A stretch of DNA of 53,298 nucleotides, the filler included, from Jimgerdemannia flammicorona (Eukaryota): assembly GCA_003990765.1 (NCBI GenBank). It is 2 parts of 2 records of this genome, joined end to end, with 100 filler letters (N's around TTAATTAATTAA, not from the genome) between each part and the next. Parts side by side here need not be neighbours in the genome. Positions count along the whole stretch, not along the records: positions 26,702 to 53,298 come from RBNJ01000715.1; 1 more part is not named here. One strand, 5' to 3'. Positions 50,885 through 53,298 of the stretch are shown in pieces. Below the pieces are notes generated by a model. That model worked only from the letters and a program-made list of their open reading frames with translations, made no database searches and had not been told where the DNA came from. Position 1 is the first letter of the stretch; each line of letters begins with the position of its first letter. Made by a program: the position numbers and the translations under genes.

Positions 50885-51524
50885 TGTTAATTGCTGATTT
50901 TTTCAACAGAGAAATCATCTGCTGATTTAAGACTCTAAAGTAAGTAATAATAGATAGAGGACCAGAATTCAGGAATCAGTTCTTTGAAATACTCTATAAG
51001 AAGTATAAGATTCAGTATATTTGAACTATAGCTTATTATCTATCAGAAAATAGATAGTATGATGGTTGATCTGAATTAGGAATATAAATCAGAGAAATTA
51101 GACATTTGATCACAGTACTTGAACTCTATTCCTGATATAGTATAGTCACATAAATAGCTGTCATAAAATCTTGCTACTAGCAAATACCTTGATATTAGTG
51201 AATATCTTACTACTAGCGAATACCTTGCTACTAGCAAATACCTTACTACTAGTAAATACTTTGCTATTAGCAAAATGACTCATAGTATAGCTACCTTATA
51301 GCTAGCAAACTTGTATAAATAATCCAGTATCTCAGAGTTAATAAACCTCAGATCAAAATAGTTTAAAGCAAAGAGAAAGCAAAAGGAACTGGTAAGTCTG
51401 CAGACAGATATACTTTGAACTCATCTACCCCTACATCTGAGAACTCTGCAGAGTCAAAGAAGATCAAGTTTGCAAGATATAGAAATCTGACATACTTCCA
51501 AGGTTAAGTATCTGCTATGTTACA
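50885..51524 (+). repeat. Decayed LTR-like sequence (family C), perhaps followed by a PBS/leader remnant to ~51721
   Basis: TGTTAA start, GTTACA end; 18-bp repeats ACTAGCAAATACCTT at 51176-51275; TATA block ATAGCTAGCAAACTTGTATAAATAA..AATAAACCTCAG (51298-51351) shared with ~52647-52700(-). Confidence 0.55.
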
Positions 51525-51721
51525 ACTTAGTACCCATTGACTGATAATTCAAGATAAATCTCTCACTTTCAAGCTGAACAACAAATAACTACCACCTGAA
51601 CAACTATATAAATCAAACAGAGATATCCAGACAAGATGGATATGAGACCACTAGTATTTCATAGTTATACTTCAGATGAATCAATCATTATCTTTATTGA
51701 TGATTTTAAGTAATATACTGC

Positions 51722-53298
51722 TGTAAGGGGTCTGACAGTAAGGCAAAAAGTAACCCTCATGCCCTTCAGCCTCCAAGGATCAGCAAGAGCAGTATTCACA
51801 GCTGCAACTCATGTAGGAAATGATGACAACAATATGATAGCAGCACAGAAGACCTGGCTCTGGGCCATATATTATATAGTGTGGCATCGGTTATGTATAA
51901 TGAACTTCGACTGTACAGCTCAATGTGTGCCACTGGTGAAGCACGCGATGGATAACTGAATGCGTTGGTGACGTTCGCAGCGGGTACGGGTCAATGGTCA
52001 CATGATCGGCTTCATTCGATTCGTGTGATAACTGATAATAGCGGGACTTCGATTGTTCGTTGGCTCAATTGTTTAGTGGATAAGGTGTTGTTGCTAACCG
52101 AGGGCAGTTATTATGCTGGCTAAGTTTCCTGGCGGTGATTAACTTGTCGGCAAACTCGAATTTATGCGGCAACGGGCTTGCTCTTTATGTGGTCAATTAA
52201 AGCGGTCCGTGGCGCAGTAGGTCGGGAATCGGAGAAGCGGAGGTTGACGGCTCGCTCGTCCGTCTTGGTTAACTTGAAAGGTTTCCTGGCAGTCGTTCGG
52301 GTCTTTGGCAGTTGTTCTTGCTAGCTGGCGGATCTTGTACTGGTATCCTTGAGTTTTCGGGTTTTCCGGGTCTTGAATCTCGAATGGCAGTCAAATGGCG
52401 GCGGTCCAAATGGCGGTCTGGTCTTGAATCCTTGGCTGGGTCTCGGGTCTCGAATGGTGGTCCAAATGGCGGTCTGGTCTTGAATCCTTTTCGTGGCAGC
52501 AGTCTTGTAACGTTTTCTTTCTTTCCATGGCAAGAGAAAATTCTTTAACTCAAACTTCTGAGCGATCCGTTGCTCTAGGTTGTTATCTTGTTCTCAGAAT
52601 TTATCCAGTCTCTTGGAGGCAGTGGTTATTTCACAAAACCAATTGACTGAGGTTTATTCACTCTAAGAATATGGGTTATTTATACAAGTTTGCTAGCTAT
52701 GAGGGGGGCGCGACTAAGGCTAAGGTATACTATGTTGTGGCAAACTTCGCTATGCTATTGGCTTGCATGATGTGAAGGGCTGACTTGCTGACAAGATGCT
52801 GAAAATGGTTGCACTGGATAGCAATGCTGGATTCGGTTGTACTGGATAGCAATGCTGGATTCGGACTTGCTGACTTGCTGACACGGATGGATATGGATGC
52901 GGCGATTGTTGCCAGAAGCGGTTGTGGAGGGTAGCAATGCTGAAAACGGACTTGCTGACAAAATGCTGAAAATGGTGGTACTGGGTAGCAATGCTGGATT
53001 TGGTTGTGCTGACATGATTGCCAGAAACAGTTGTGAGGGGTAGCAATGCTGAAAACGGATGCTGACTAAAAGCTTGGTTCTCACGGCTGATAGGCAGTAC
53101 TCTAGAGGGAATAGTACCATTCGTCCGCGGTGGGCAAATCTTGCTGGGTTGCGATTTCTTCTTCATCATATCTCTCCTCAAAAGGGGGAAGCGCCGGCCA
53201 AGAGGTGAGGGGGTAGAAAAGTGGCCAGTCATCTTCAACAACATTCTCCAACCCTTGAACAGCTTGAATGTGGACAGAGGACTGGTAGTATCTCTGTT
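51722..53298 (-). mobile_element. Long LTR-like sequence (>=1.58 kb, CpG intact), runs off the window
   Basis: Ends CCCCTTACA on - (TGTAAG at 51722, the same hexamer as the family A LTR start); TATAAATA and AATAAA block at ~52647-52700; repeats TAGCAATGCTG and GACTTGCTGAC at 52780-53070; duplicated GGTCCAAATGGCGGTCTGGTCTTGAATCCTT at ~52403 and ~52459. Confidence 0.6.
53102..53296 (-). CDS. 3' end of an acidic/aromatic ORF inside the LTR-like sequence (partial)
   Basis: Frame open from the window edge: QRYYQSSVHIQAVQGLENVVEDDWPLFYPLTSWPALPPFEERYDEEEIATQQDLPTADEWYYSL*; only 64 codons visible. Confidence 0.45.
   Translation of the reverse strand, partial: QRYYQSSVHIQAVQGLENVVEDDWPLFYPLTSWPALPPFEERYDEEEIATQQDLPTADEWYYSL

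Noticed and set aside
42309..50890. Long Ser/Pro/Leu-rich ORFs (42309-43034, 43561-44082, 50105-50890; also 9070-9489)
   Set aside because: Antisense shadows of purine-rich LINE coding strands.
52312..53244. ORFs 52312-52548, 52321-52533, 52750-53244 and 52755-53120 as host genes
   Set aside because: They run through tandem repeats around a TATA block shared with another LTR-like sequence and show no recognisable domain.

Overview
Eukaryotic, most likely fungal, heterochromatin-type DNA made almost entirely of nested, mostly decayed transposable elements; no host gene is recognisable. (1) Ty3/Gypsy chromovirus family A (<1-8106, +) with one gag-dUTPase-PR-RT-RH-IN-chromodomain frame and an inferred ~2.06-kb 3' LTR containing a ~365-codon ORF. 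(2) A second dUTPase-bearing chromovirus family B: a complete copy (11463-22101, +, TSD GACTT) inserted into an opposite-strand relative (~9541-25430, -). (3) A 4.56-kb intron-containing hAT transposon (11592-16148, TSD CTCTCAGT) inside the family B 5' LTR, carrying a second small ORF; a 364-bp MITE with the same TIR lies at 31373-31736. (4) At least seven pieces of an L1/Tx1-like LINE family, plus a tiny poly(A)-tail insertion with a TSD. (5) An IS630/Tc1/mariner-like transposase pseudogene (36421-38448, -) flanked by 2-2.5 kb arrays of a hairpin-forming ~240-270 bp repeat with fold-back inversions. (6) Two related LTR-like sequences at the right end; the CpG-intact one again appears to be a long LTR containing an ORF. 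Most repeats show heavy C>T/G>A decay at CpA and CpG (RIP-like). An assembly gap lies at 26602-26701. The best candidate for an undescribed system is the dUTPase chromovirus with a long LTR encoding a PPxY-motif accessory protein. All calls come from manual reading and translation; boundaries marked ~ are approximate.
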